Source of the DNA: a virus
Taxonomy: Duplodnaviria > Caudoviricetes
IMG/VR virus record: IMGVR_UViG_3300017544_000276
Coordinates: 1-44,413 of that record
DNA: 44,413 nt
Direction: 5' to 3' (one strand)
The notes below the pieces were generated by a model that was not told the DNA's origin, did not search any database, and saw nothing but the letters and a program-made list of their open reading frames with translations. The position numbers and the translations under genes were made by a program. This document shows, in pieces, positions 35,400 through 44,067 of this stretch. How positions within the stretch are numbered: position 1 is the stretch's first letter; every line of letters starts with the position of its first letter.

Positions 35400-37091
35400 T
35401 CATGCCAAGCCGATCCGCTGGAGCAGATCCGCGCCCCCCGGATTGCTCTGGGCGTTCGCAAGTACGGCCGCAGCCTCGGCGCCAGACTTCGCCGCTGGCG
35501 CCATCTCGGCGGCCATCGCCGCGCCTTCCATCTGTGCCTGCTTCTGCGCTCGCGCCTGACGGATCTTCGCGACCTCCTCGTCAGGAACGATGATAGAGGG
35601 CGTGACGCCGAGCATGTCGCCATAGACGTCCGTCGCCTCGTCCGCATCAAGCTTGTCGAGCACTTCGGGCTTCACAGCCGCAAGCTGCCCGACGAATGCG
35701 CTGAACCGCTCGATGCCGCCGGTGGCGACGGCCTTCTGAGCCTGGGCGAGCATCGAAACGTATTCGATTTTCAGCTCTTGGTTCTGAAGGTCGGGCGGCG
35801 GCGGCGGCAGCATCTCGCGAGCGTTCATGATCTGGTAGGTGCGATCGATGACCGGCTCGAGCTGGCCGTTATAGATGTTCTCCAGGACCGGGCCGAGCGC
35901 GAGAAGCTTCTCCTCCTTGCGCTCGGCGATCTCGAACTGATTGCGCGGCTGGATGCCTTCCATCTGCGACAGCATCAGGAACAGATCGGCATAGAACGCC
36001 CGGTTGATCCGGTCCTGCGTCTCCCGAATATCGGCCGACAGCTCGGCGATGCGAAGGTTGACCTCGATCGCCGGGCGGAAGCCCTTGCCGGTCGGATCGT
36101 CGGCATAGGTGACAGCGCCCGGCAGGAGCGATGCCGGGTTGTTCCGCATGCTCGACGGTCCGGTCATCGGCGGGCGCACCATCTTGTCGATGGCCTCAAG
36201 CTTCCGCGTCTGCTCCTTCTGGAGCATCTTCACGTCACCGAGCGCGATCTGACCGGGCGAGAGAGCATAGTGATCGTCGCCTGAGATCTCCCAGGCCGGC
36301 CCGATCAGCGGATTGCTGTCGAAGCCGCTTTCCTCAAGCATGCCGTCACGGTCCGAACCGCCATCCAGCCAGTAGTTCGAGAGGAACGGCTTGTTGGCCT
36401 TGTCGAGCCGCGTGTGATCGCGGTTCATGCGAGGCTCGATAGCGTGCCAGACCTCAAACACCTGATCATAGCGGGCCTGATCGTACTGCGTCCGCACGGC
36501 CTGGCTGACGTTGTTCAAGCCGAACCGGCTGACGATGCGCTGCACCGTCCACCGGAAGGTGCGATAGAGCGTCGTGACGCGGCCCTTCTCATCGCGAGAG
36601 ATCCAGAACCGGCCATGCAAGAGCTGCTGCATCCTGACGGTGGCCTCGTCATCCTCGGCCAGAATGCCGAGCGACTGCCCGAACTGACCTAGATCGCCAT
36701 AGCCTGTGTGGAACGCGTTGTAGATGTTCGACGACTGGAACACCTCGCGCATGCGCGCCTCGACCGTTGCGAGGTATTCCTTGACCGGTGCGAAGTCCTT
36801 CAGGTCGGGATCGTAGGTAGTGAGGCGAAACCACGGCCGGGCCGGCGACGTGATGCCGGAGTGCATGCCTGATTGCAGCGTGCGGAGCGCGAACGTGCCC
36901 GAGCTGTCGATGATCTTCGAGCGCGACGTCGCGCCTTCGTTCTTTCCGAACAGCCGCAGGCGCGCCGGCTCGATGAACTCGGCCAGATCCGACCATGTGC
37001 CTTCCCATGGAGACCGAACAGCCTTCAGCTCCTCGGCGCGGCGGCGATGGTAGGCGATCTGGCTTTCGTGGCGCGCCGCGTTCTCGGTCAT
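35400..37091 (-). CDS. Portal (head-tail connector) protein
   Basis: GITSPARPWF, SNIY, ERKEEKLLALGPVLE, IEYVSMLAQAQK. Confidence 0.93.
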   Translation of the reverse strand: MTENAARHESQIAYHRRRAEELKAVRSPWEGTWSDLAEFIEPARLRLFGKNEGATSRSKIIDSSGTFALRTLQSGMHSGITSPARPWFRLTTYDPDLKDFAPVKEYLATVEARMREVFQSSNIYNAFHTGYGDLGQFGQSLGILAEDDEATVRMQQLLHGRFWISRDEKGRVTTLYRTFRWTVQRIVSRFGLNNVSQAVRTQYDQARYDQVFEVWHAIEPRMNRDHTRLDKANKPFLSNYWLDGGSDRDGMLEESGFDSNPLIGPAWEISGDDHYALSPGQIALGDVKMLQKEQTRKLEAIDKMVRPPMTGPSSMRNNPASLLPGAVTYADDPTGKGFRPAIEVNLRIAELSADIRETQDRINRAFYADLFLMLSQMEGIQPRNQFEIAERKEEKLLALGPVLENIYNGQLEPVIDRTYQIMNAREMLPPPPPDLQNQELKIEYVSMLAQAQKAVATGGIERFSAFVGQLAAVKPEVLDKLDADEATDVYGDMLGVTPSIIVPDEEVAKIRQARAQKQAQMEGAAMAAEMAPAAKSGAEAAAVLANAQSNPGGADLLQRIGLA

Positions 37092-37300
37092 CACGCGTCC
37101 TTCTGGAATGCGTCGATGCGCTCGCCGAGGATGGCGGAATAGTCGACCATCGCCGCGCCCTGACGACGAAGCCGGGCCTGCTCGTCCAGGTCGATCCGAC
37201 CGAAGGCCTCGCCGGCCATGAAGACCGTAAGCTTGTCGATCTTCATGTCGAGGTCGGCCTTCTCGGCGACGACGCGCGTTTGATGAGGCTGCATGATCAT
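37091..37300 (-). CDS. crAss001_48-like small helical protein, candidate Sequestin-type sponge
   Basis: HQTRVVAEKADLDMKIDKLTVF...EQARLRRQGAAMVDYSAILGERI; coupled to both neighbours. Confidence 0.7.
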   Translation of the reverse strand: MIMQPHQTRVVAEKADLDMKIDKLTVFMAGEAFGRIDLDEQARLRRQGAAMVDYSAILGERIDAFQKDA

Positions 37301-37512
37301 CAGGCCCCGAGCAGCGTCTTCTTCTCGGTGGTCGCCTGCTGCGTCACGCCCGAGCCTGACGTCAGGATCGAGCCGGCCGCGCGCATCTTGTCGCCCTGGC
37401 GTGCATTGACGTTGCGACGAACGTCTTCGCCATCCGGCAGGCGCGAGGGGGCCATTTCAGGCGGGATGACCGGATCCTTGGGTTCGGGAACGTCCGGCTT
37501 GAACATGCACAT
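37300..37512 (-). CDS. Small pre-portal virion protein
   Basis: MCMFKPDVPEP...SILTSGSG...KKTLLG, typical of this position in T7-like/BPP-1-like phages. Confidence 0.75.
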   Translation of the reverse strand: MCMFKPDVPEPKDPVIPPEMAPSRLPDGEDVRRNVNARQGDKMRAAGSILTSGSGVTQQATTEKKTLLGA

Positions 37513-37518
37513 ATCGGA

Positions 37519-37827
37519 TCACCACGCGTTGAAAAGAGTGAGGAGAACCAGGGCGACCGTCGCCGCGATGCTGGCGATGGAAAAGGCGCCGCAGCGCTCG
37601 GTGTCCCCACGAAGCGCGAAGGTGTCGGCGAAGTACGACGCCGCGAGCGGCAGGATCGCGAACACCCCGAGGATCGGCATGGCACCGGCGGCCACATTGA
37701 TGACCGCGAGAATAAGAACGATCAGCCGACCGGTCTCGGCGGAGTTCTTCTGAAGCTCCAGCTTCCACACATTGGCGCGCTCAGCTTGCGACGCGTTGCG
37801 GATAGCGGCTGCGATTTCGTGTTCCAT
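37519..37827 (-). CDS. Hypothetical membrane protein
   Basis: Two to three hydrophobic segments; fills the gap after terL. Confidence 0.55.
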   Translation of the reverse strand: MEHEIAAAIRNASQAERANVWKLELQKNSAETGRLIVLILAVINVAAGAMPILGVFAILPLAASYFADTFALRGDTERCGAFSIASIAATVALVLLTLFNAW

Positions 37828-37837
37828 GTCTGCCCCG

Positions 37838-39307
37838 TCAGGCGAGTGGGTCGTACTCGACCTCTACGGCAGAATGGTTGTGCGCCATTCCGTAGGTCTG
37901 GCGCTTGGCGACGGGCTCGGCGAAGGTCAGCGCCAGCGCGTCGCCCTTGTTCGGCGACGGGAGGCCTCGCTCCTTCATGTCTTCCTTGCTCTCCAGCTGG
38001 ATCTTGCCATCAAGCCGCGCGACGGTCTCGGGGCCGACGAGATCCTGATAGAGCCCTTCATCGCGCGGATCGATCGCGCCGCCCGCCTTGATCCAACGCT
38101 TCATCTGGCCCCACATCTCAGCGCGCTTGTTGAGATAGCCGGTGTCGACCGGCTTGCCAGAGAACCAGATGATCCGCCATGTGCGGCCCATGACATCGCC
38201 GGCAGACTTGATGCCTGTGCCATATCCCGCATCGATGAACACGGCGTCGGCCCGGTGCTCGTCCTCAAGGCGCGCGATCAGGTTCGCGACCTCGACGTCG
38301 TTGTCATTGCGCGGGAGGCTTGCGAGGCTCTTGGAATAGAGGCCCTGCCGCAGCACGATTTCGAGGCTGTCGTCGCCGGTCCATGCCGGATCAACGCCGA
38401 TGATCTTCGGGGCGAATGAATAGTTCTCGCGACGCAGGTGCACCTTCTGCGCGGCATCGACGTCATCGGCACTGATGAACTGCATGGCTGACTGCGCCGG
38501 GAACTGCCCCCTGACACGCACCTTCACGATATCGCTATCCTCGCCATGATCATCGACAAGGCGTTGCAGGAATTGCTTGTTGGTGCCTGGCACCGTGCGG
38601 CTGTCGATCTGGCGACCGACCCAGCGGTGACGGAAGCGGCGGAAGCATTCGCGGAACCGGCCGCTATTGCGCGTCGGGTTGCCGAACACCACCCAGATGA
38701 TCACGGTGTTCTCGTCGGTCAGCGCGCCCTCGGCGACCTCCCACACCTTGTCGTGGATCTTCGACGCCTCGTCGAACAGAAGCAGGATGATCCTGCCTTT
38801 GTTGTGCAGCCCGGCGAACGCTTCGGTGTTGTGCTCGGACCATGGGATGAAGTCCTGCCGCCAGCTATCCGAGCGCGTCGGATCGCGGCTCTTGATGCTC
38901 ATGGTCTGGATATCGAACCAATGGCCGGTCAGGGCCATGCGGAACCACTTCCCGATCTCCGGCGCCGTCTTCGTTCGAAGCTGGCCCTCGGTGTTGGCCG
39001 TGGTTACGATCTTGGCGTCAGGCCAGCAGGACATGGCCCAATTGGAGAGCATGCCCATCTCGGCCGATTTGCCGATGCCGTGGCCGGACGCGACCGATAT
39101 CTGAAGCGGCTGATAGCGCGTCTCTGGATCGGCCAGGTGCTCGCCGATGATCCGGTTGATATCAGCCTGCCAGTCGCGCGGCCCGTCATAGTCAGCAAGC
39201 TCGCCAGCGCCCCAATCCCACGCCAGCCGCGACCATCGGTCAGGATCGAACCGGCATGACGCGGCGAGCGCAATGATCCGGTCGTTCGGGTCGACGCGGG
39301 CATTCAT
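37838..39307 (-). CDS. terL: Terminase large subunit
   Basis: VASGHGIGKS, LLLFDEAS, GNPTR, GVDPA, SPNKGDALALTF. Confidence 0.95.
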   Translation of the reverse strand: MNARVDPNDRIIALAASCRFDPDRWSRLAWDWGAGELADYDGPRDWQADINRIIGEHLADPETRYQPLQISVASGHGIGKSAEMGMLSNWAMSCWPDAKIVTTANTEGQLRTKTAPEIGKWFRMALTGHWFDIQTMSIKSRDPTRSDSWRQDFIPWSEHNTEAFAGLHNKGRIILLLFDEASKIHDKVWEVAEGALTDENTVIIWVVFGNPTRNSGRFRECFRRFRHRWVGRQIDSRTVPGTNKQFLQRLVDDHGEDSDIVKVRVRGQFPAQSAMQFISADDVDAAQKVHLRRENYSFAPKIIGVDPAWTGDDSLEIVLRQGLYSKSLASLPRNDNDVEVANLIARLEDEHRADAVFIDAGYGTGIKSAGDVMGRTWRIIWFSGKPVDTGYLNKRAEMWGQMKRWIKAGGAIDPRDEGLYQDLVGPETVARLDGKIQLESKEDMKERGLPSPNKGDALALTFAEPVAKRQTYGMAHNHSAVEVEYDPLA

Positions 39308-39310
39308 GGA

Positions 39311-39853
39311 TCAGCCGCCGCCATCGCGCTTCATAGCGCGCTCAAGCCGATCGGCCAGGCTGTCGAGGCCCTTGACCGCGACCTGCTCCTCAAACGCCTT
39401 CACGCCAATGTGCTTGCCGATCAGTTCGAGGCGCTTGATGCGGTTATCGAGGCGGATCTTTCGAACGTGCCCGACGTGGATCCGGTCCTCGCCATGGCCT
39501 TCGAAAAGCTCGTCGACTTCGATGCCCTGCACGAGCCCTTGCCGCCAGATCAGCGGCCACTCGTGAACAGGCTTCAGCGCGCGGGTTTCCGGGTCATAGA
39601 GATCGGCGATATCCGCCGTCGCTTCTGCCGCCAGACGCGTCAGCACCCACTCGGCATTGATCTGCGTTTTCTCGGCGCGGCCGGCAAGGGCGCTGTCGAT
39701 AGCGGATCGGACATGAGTTTTCCCGAGCAGTTGCCCCGCAATATCGCTCGCGCTCGCTTCGCTATATCCCGCTCTGATTGCGGCCTTCGTTGCGTTCAGA
39801 TCGATCAGGTATTCCCTGACGAATGCCGCCTGTTTCTGAGTGAGTTTTCCCAT
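39311..39853 (-). CDS. terS: Terminase small subunit
   Basis: LTQKQAAFVREYLIDLNATKAAIRAGYS...LELIGKHIG. Confidence 0.93.
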   Translation of the reverse strand: MGKLTQKQAAFVREYLIDLNATKAAIRAGYSEASASDIAGQLLGKTHVRSAIDSALAGRAEKTQINAEWVLTRLAAEATADIADLYDPETRALKPVHEWPLIWRQGLVQGIEVDELFEGHGEDRIHVGHVRKIRLDNRIKRLELIGKHIGVKAFEEQVAVKGLDSLADRLERAMKRDGGG

Positions 39854-39876
39854 TGCCCATTGCCCGTTGGAACGAG

Positions 39877-39895
39877 CGTTGAGATTTACGCAACA
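39877..39895. promoter_or_regulatory. Operator copy upstream of terS
   Basis: CGTTGAGATTTACGCAACA; its reverse complement closely resembles 6883-6901. Confidence 0.6.
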
Positions 39896-39912
39896 AAGGT
39901 TGTTTTCTGTTT

Positions 39913-40135
39913 CAGGAGGTTTGCTTGGAGGTTTGTAATTCGGGCCAACAATTATTTATAGGGCCGGTTATGGGCGGGTATATATCGTTTCAATATATCA
40001 ACCCGGATATCAGACTGTTCCCGTTGAAACTTTTACTCTGAATTACAAACCTCCAAGTCTCTGACTAGATTAGTCGTTAAGCTATTGAATTTATATGACA
40101 ATTTTAGATATCGATTGCGACTTGGAGGTTTATAA
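39913..40135. repeat. AT-rich region with four GGAGGTTT repeats in mixed orientation (candidate ori or pac)
   Basis: Perfect 18-bp inverted repeat CTTGGAGGTTTGTAATTC (39924-39941 / 40040-40057), a third copy at 40119-40135, and a core copy at 39915-39922. Confidence 0.7.
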
Positions 40136-40263
40136 GAGTGACAGTTTCACCAGAATGAACAATTGACATGGATTGTTCAGCGCATCAGGCAACTGTTTGA
40201 CCCGGCCAGAGACGGCTAGGTTTCTAACTGACGTTTTTAATTTGCGGCGGAACGCGTTGTTGA

Positions 40264-40282
40264 TGTTGCGATAATCACAACA
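40264..40282. promoter_or_regulatory. Operator upstream of the accessory operon
   Basis: TGTTGCGATAATCACAACA. Confidence 0.75.
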
Positions 40283-40327
40283 CTCTGATAGCCTCGGATC
40301 GTTGAATTAGTCAGCTCCGAGGGGACC

Positions 40328-40480
40328 ATGAAGGCGATCGGCACCGCGCCCGCCAAGGGCAGAATTGCGTCATCACTGTTGCGATTTCTCAACCCATCGC
40401 AACACCCGTTCATAGCCGGTGCTATCACCGCACTGGCCGCCGACGCCGTATTCGTCGGCCTGCTGATGGTGCTGCCATGA
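40328..40480 (+). CDS. 50-aa protein with C-terminal TM (not in the ORF track)
   Basis: MKAIGTAP...FVGLLMVLP; GAGGGG RBS; ATGA overlap with the next gene. Confidence 0.55.
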   Translation: MKAIGTAPAKGRIASSLLRFLNPSQHPFIAGAITALAADAVFVGLLMVLP

Positions 40481-41325
40481 GCTTCCGGGGGCAGTTCAAG
40501 TACGACTATGTTCGCTTTCTCGCAGAGTTGGCCAAGTCCGCGAACATCTCTGGCTCCGCTCGCGAAGCCGGCATCCCGCGCAAGGCAATCGAAAACCGTA
40601 TGGCGCGAGATCCTGATTTTCGGCTTCTCGTCGACACAATCAGGCCCGTGCCGTTTGAGAGCCCGAAATCCGATTGGACCCGGCTGCTCGATCTCGTTCG
40701 CGCCGGTGCTTCGCCCCACGCGGCCCTGCGACAGCCGGGCATGCCATCCACAACCACTTTTTACCGCGCCATTGCCCGTAACCCGGAGCTTCGAGACGAG
40801 ATTAAACGCCTGACCGGGGGGCGCACAAAGCGCGCTGCTGGCAATGCCATTTCGGAAGATGTCTGGGCCAAGGTCATAAATCAGATCCAGGACGGCCGAT
40901 CCGTCGCAGAAATCTCCCGCAGCGCCGGGATGCCTTCGCGGTCTGCTTTCAAAGATAAGGCAAGGCGAGATCGGAGCTTCGCGGCGCTGGTCAAGAGCGC
41001 CAGGAACAGCGCTAGCGACAACCAGCTCGCAAGCGCTTTGCGGCAAAATGACCTCTTCTTGTCGGCCAGTAAGGCCGTTCCGACGCGCTACCCGCAGGAC
41101 GTGCGCGACGACATCGTTTCCATGATCGTCCTGGCGGTGCTCGAGGATGAATTTCCCGCCGCCGAGATCCCGCTTCACGCCAAGAAATTCATCTCAGCCT
41201 ACTACCGCGCGAGCGATTTCCACCGAACCACATCGATCGACGCGACCATTCCGGGAACGGACGGCCTGCGCCTCATCGACGTGATCGCGGCCGAGCCAGC
41301 CACCAGCTTTGAGGACTACGCATGA
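40477..41325 (+). CDS. Tandem-HTH DNA-binding protein
   Basis: Three repeats of the form [GS]..i....r..G(M)P.......+.R(D/N)P.F, plus a C-terminal SIDATIPGTDG segment. Confidence 0.7.
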   Translation: MSFRGQFKYDYVRFLAELAKSANISGSAREAGIPRKAIENRMARDPDFRLLVDTIRPVPFESPKSDWTRLLDLVRAGASPHAALRQPGMPSTTTFYRAIARNPELRDEIKRLTGGRTKRAAGNAISEDVWAKVINQIQDGRSVAEISRSAGMPSRSAFKDKARRDRSFAALVKSARNSASDNQLASALRQNDLFLSASKAVPTRYPQDVRDDIVSMIVLAVLEDEFPAAEIPLHAKKFISAYYRASDFHRTTSIDATIPGTDGLRLIDVIAAEPATSFEDYA

Positions 41326-42161
41326 GCCTCACTACCCAATATTTCGACAGCTTCGACCAATGGGTAAGCCGCGCGTCGTCATGGCTCACCTGCCACAGCG
41401 ACTACAACGATGGATCCGTGAACCACTACAACCGGTTCACAGCGATCTGCTTCGACACCAAGGGCCGGATCTGTCGCATCGGCGCCGACTTCATGCGGGC
41501 TCGCGACGAAGGCACGTTCCCGATCCGCTGGATCTGGCCCGACCAGGTGCCTGAGCTGGCGCTTGCAGCAACCTCCATGACAGCAGCGCCCGAGGCCGGC
41601 GTCGTCGCCATGACCTCCCCGACACCGAGTGAAGAGCGCGATGGGCTGGTGGAGCCTCGTCGGATGGACGCCTACTACTACAGCTTCGACCCGACTGGGG
41701 TTGATCTGCTCGACAAGGTGTTGTCGTCCGTCGCGCTTGCGGGGAAGGCGTTTCACCACACAGAAGATTGGAACGACCAAGTCGCGCCTTCCGGCGACCA
41801 CACGGGGGGATCGCCAGCCGAGTGGATCCAGAACGCCGCCAATGAAGCCGCCGCCGGGATCACCCGCCTGCGCGCGGAGGTCGAGCACTGGAAGCGACAA
41901 GCCGAGGCCGCACAGAAGAACGCCACGCTGTTCCAGCAGGACTGTGCGTTCCACGTTGCTGAGAAGGCGCGGAAGGACGCCGCGCTGAAGCCCTTCGCCG
42001 ACGAGGCAGCCGAATGGGATGACGGCCACGAGTACGGCGAAGACCAGTTCATCGGCATGGAGAGCGAGATCACAGTCGGCGACCTTCGCGCCGCCCGCGC
42101 AGCACGGGGGCCGGCAGAAGGCCGCGCCGCTCTCGAACAGGAGGAGCAAGGCCATGTGTAA
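41322..42161 (+). CDS. Mosaic hypothetical phage protein
   Basis: ATGA coupling and GAGGA RBS; ICFDTKGRIC and DAYYYSFDPTG segments. Confidence 0.7.
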   Translation: MSLTTQYFDSFDQWVSRASSWLTCHSDYNDGSVNHYNRFTAICFDTKGRICRIGADFMRARDEGTFPIRWIWPDQVPELALAATSMTAAPEAGVVAMTSPTPSEERDGLVEPRRMDAYYYSFDPTGVDLLDKVLSSVALAGKAFHHTEDWNDQVAPSGDHTGGSPAEWIQNAANEAAAGITRLRAEVEHWKRQAEAAQKNATLFQQDCAFHVAEKARKDAALKPFADEAAEWDDGHEYGEDQFIGMESEITVGDLRAARAARGPAEGRAALEQEEQGHV

Positions 42162-42351
42162 CGCCTGCGGCTTTCTGTGCTGTGGCTCCGACCAGTTTGC
42201 CCGCTGCGGCTGCGACTGGTGCGACGAGCCGGATTGCCGGAGCGAGATCGAATTCGACGACGATGACGACGAGTACGACTGCCGGCCGGTACCGGCGCGC
42301 ACCTTCGTCTGCGACAGCCCGCCCTCCCTCTCCCCGGAGCAATCGACATGA
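42154..42351 (+). CDS. Small Cys-rich protein
   Basis: MCNACGFLCCGS...; 10 Cys in 65 aa; AGGAGGA RBS; coupled to the next gene. Confidence 0.6.
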   Translation: MCNACGFLCCGSDQFARCGCDWCDEPDCRSEIEFDDDDDEYDCRPVPARTFVCDSPPSLSPEQST

Positions 42352-43034
42352 CCATCGAAGACGTGAAGCGTGAGCCGACAGCCGCCGAAATCGAGCGGGT
42401 GCGCGAGGCGATTGCCAAAGATGCGCAATCACTCAGAAGCACGACACGGACCATGGCCCGCGCCGCGATCCTCGCCATGGACCGCCGCGCCGAGGTGGTG
42501 GGGGAGCCGGTCGCCTATATGGGCCAAGGACTTCTCGACGCCTTGAACAAGCCAGGCGTCGAATATCTCAACTGCGCCGCCTACACGAAGGCAGGCCTCT
42601 GGATGCTGGACGAAGATCAGCGTGTTCCAGTCTACGCCTCCCCGCCCGCGCCAGCCGTGGCGGTGCCGGAGGGGTGGAAGCTCGTGCCGGTCGAGCCGAC
42701 AGAGGCGATGCTCGACCGTGGGGGAGAAGCTGTCGAAAACGGCTATTTCGGAGATCGGGTCTGGTCCGACATGCTCGCCGCCGCGCCCGAGCCTCCCGCA
42801 ACCCGGAGCGAGGCCGATATCCGCAACGAGGGGATCGAGGACGCGGCGAAGTGGCATGAGAACGCGGCTAAGCGCCTTCGGGGCTCCACGCCCGATATCC
42901 TGATCGGAGAAGACCACTCCTTCTATGAAGAGCGGGTCAATTCCCATGAGACGACCGCCACCGCCATCCGCGCGCTGAAGGAGCCCCGTCATGCCCTCCC
43001 CGCCCCGCCGGCTGTGGCAAGGGAGGAGGAGTGA
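42348..43034 (+). CDS. Ea22/Eaa-like mosaic phage protein
   Basis: GEPVAY...PVYASPPAP, VPEGWKLVPVEPTEAM, MLAAAP. Confidence 0.7.
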   Translation: MTIEDVKREPTAAEIERVREAIAKDAQSLRSTTRTMARAAILAMDRRAEVVGEPVAYMGQGLLDALNKPGVEYLNCAAYTKAGLWMLDEDQRVPVYASPPAPAVAVPEGWKLVPVEPTEAMLDRGGEAVENGYFGDRVWSDMLAAAPEPPATRSEADIRNEGIEDAAKWHENAAKRLRGSTPDILIGEDHSFYEERVNSHETTATAIRALKEPRHALPAPPAVAREEE

Positions 43035-43108
43035 TGTCCTGGTGGATCATCTTCTGCGGCTATGCCGATGACGTTTTTTCCAACCGCACGAAACGAGACT
43101 GCCGATGA
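43034..43108 (+). CDS. 24-aa micro-ORF
   Basis: MSWWIIFCGYADDVFSNRTKRDCR; GGAGGAGG RBS; TGATG and ATGA overlaps on the two sides. Confidence 0.45.
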   Translation: MSWWIIFCGYADDVFSNRTKRDCR

Positions 43109-43590
43109 GCATCCTGCCTGCCCAGGCCATTCGATCGCTGTGCAACCCGCCCGACTTTCTGGGCCTCCGACCGATGGTGCAGCCGTTCCATGAACGGACC
43201 GTCATCAACGGCATGACCTTCGGCGTCGGACCGGCTGGATATGACGTCCGTGTCGCCGAAGACATCCATGTCGGCCGGGGCGATTTCATGCTCGCCTCGA
43301 CCGTCGAGCAATTCGCCATCCCTGACGACGTGTTGGCCTATGTGAAGGATAAATCCACCTGGGCACGCCGCGGCATCGCGCTACAGAACACAGTGATCGA
43401 ACCCGGATGGCGCGGGCACCTGACGCTCGAAATCACGAACCATGCCGGCTACGTGCACATTCCTGCCGGGTCTCCGATCGCTCAGATCGTCTTTCACCGT
43501 CTGGAGCGCGCGACCGACACGCCCTATGCCGGCAAGTACCAGGACCAGCGGCCGGGCGCGCAGCCCGCGATCGAGGAGCCGGCGGAATGA
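43105..43590 (+). CDS. dcd: dCTP deaminase / trimeric dUTPase-family enzyme
   Basis: GYDVR, KSTWARRG, VIEPGWRGHLTLEITN, IAQIVF, YAGKYQDQ. Confidence 0.9.
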   Translation: MSILPAQAIRSLCNPPDFLGLRPMVQPFHERTVINGMTFGVGPAGYDVRVAEDIHVGRGDFMLASTVEQFAIPDDVLAYVKDKSTWARRGIALQNTVIEPGWRGHLTLEITNHAGYVHIPAGSPIAQIVFHRLERATDTPYAGKYQDQRPGAQPAIEEPAE

Positions 43591-44066
43591 CCCACACCGC
43601 CCGCCTCGCCCGCGAAGACACCATCACAGACGCGCTGCGAGCCGCCGACACGGCGATCGGCGATGAGGAGCCTGATGACCAGGCGCTGCGGATCCTCGCC
43701 GCCTTGAAGGCCCTGCGCGCCGACCAGCCGGCCCGAGTGACTGGAACGAACCGGGTCGACTACCTGACCCGTGTCCAGAAGGCGGCACAGGCCGCATGGT
43801 ACAATCGGCACGGCCAGGATCAGAACCGAGCGGGCATCGAGTTCGAGGCGTCGGCATCGGTCGCGACACCGCTCGGCGACCTGCGCGCCATCATCTGGCG
43901 TCGCGAATGGCGGGGCGTGCGCGGCCGACGCCTCGCCTGGGCGAGCGAATATTGGCTAGGCGACGATCCGATCACCATCGACGAGATCCGCGCCGCCGGG
44001 CTCGCACTGCGCCCTACCAGCAGGAACCGTGGCATCAAGAACGACGCCGCGTTGCCTGTGCAATAA
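43587..44066 (+). CDS. Hypothetical protein
   Basis: ATGA coupling with dcd; GAGGAG RBS. Confidence 0.65.
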   Translation: MTHTARLAREDTITDALRAADTAIGDEEPDDQALRILAALKALRADQPARVTGTNRVDYLTRVQKAAQAAWYNRHGQDQNRAGIEFEASASVATPLGDLRAIIWRREWRGVRGRRLAWASEYWLGDDPITIDEIRAAGLALRPTSRNRGIKNDAALPVQ

Positions 44067-44067
44067 G

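Noticed and set aside
39924-40057. The 18-bp inverted repeat as MITE/IS ends or a protelomerase (telRL) site
   Set aside because: There is no transposase, target duplication or protelomerase. Extra copies in mixed orientation and the 98-bp spacer fit iterons better.
40237-41178. 313-aa minus-strand ORF
   Set aside because: It is antisense to the better-supported tandem-HTH gene in a translationally coupled + strand operon.
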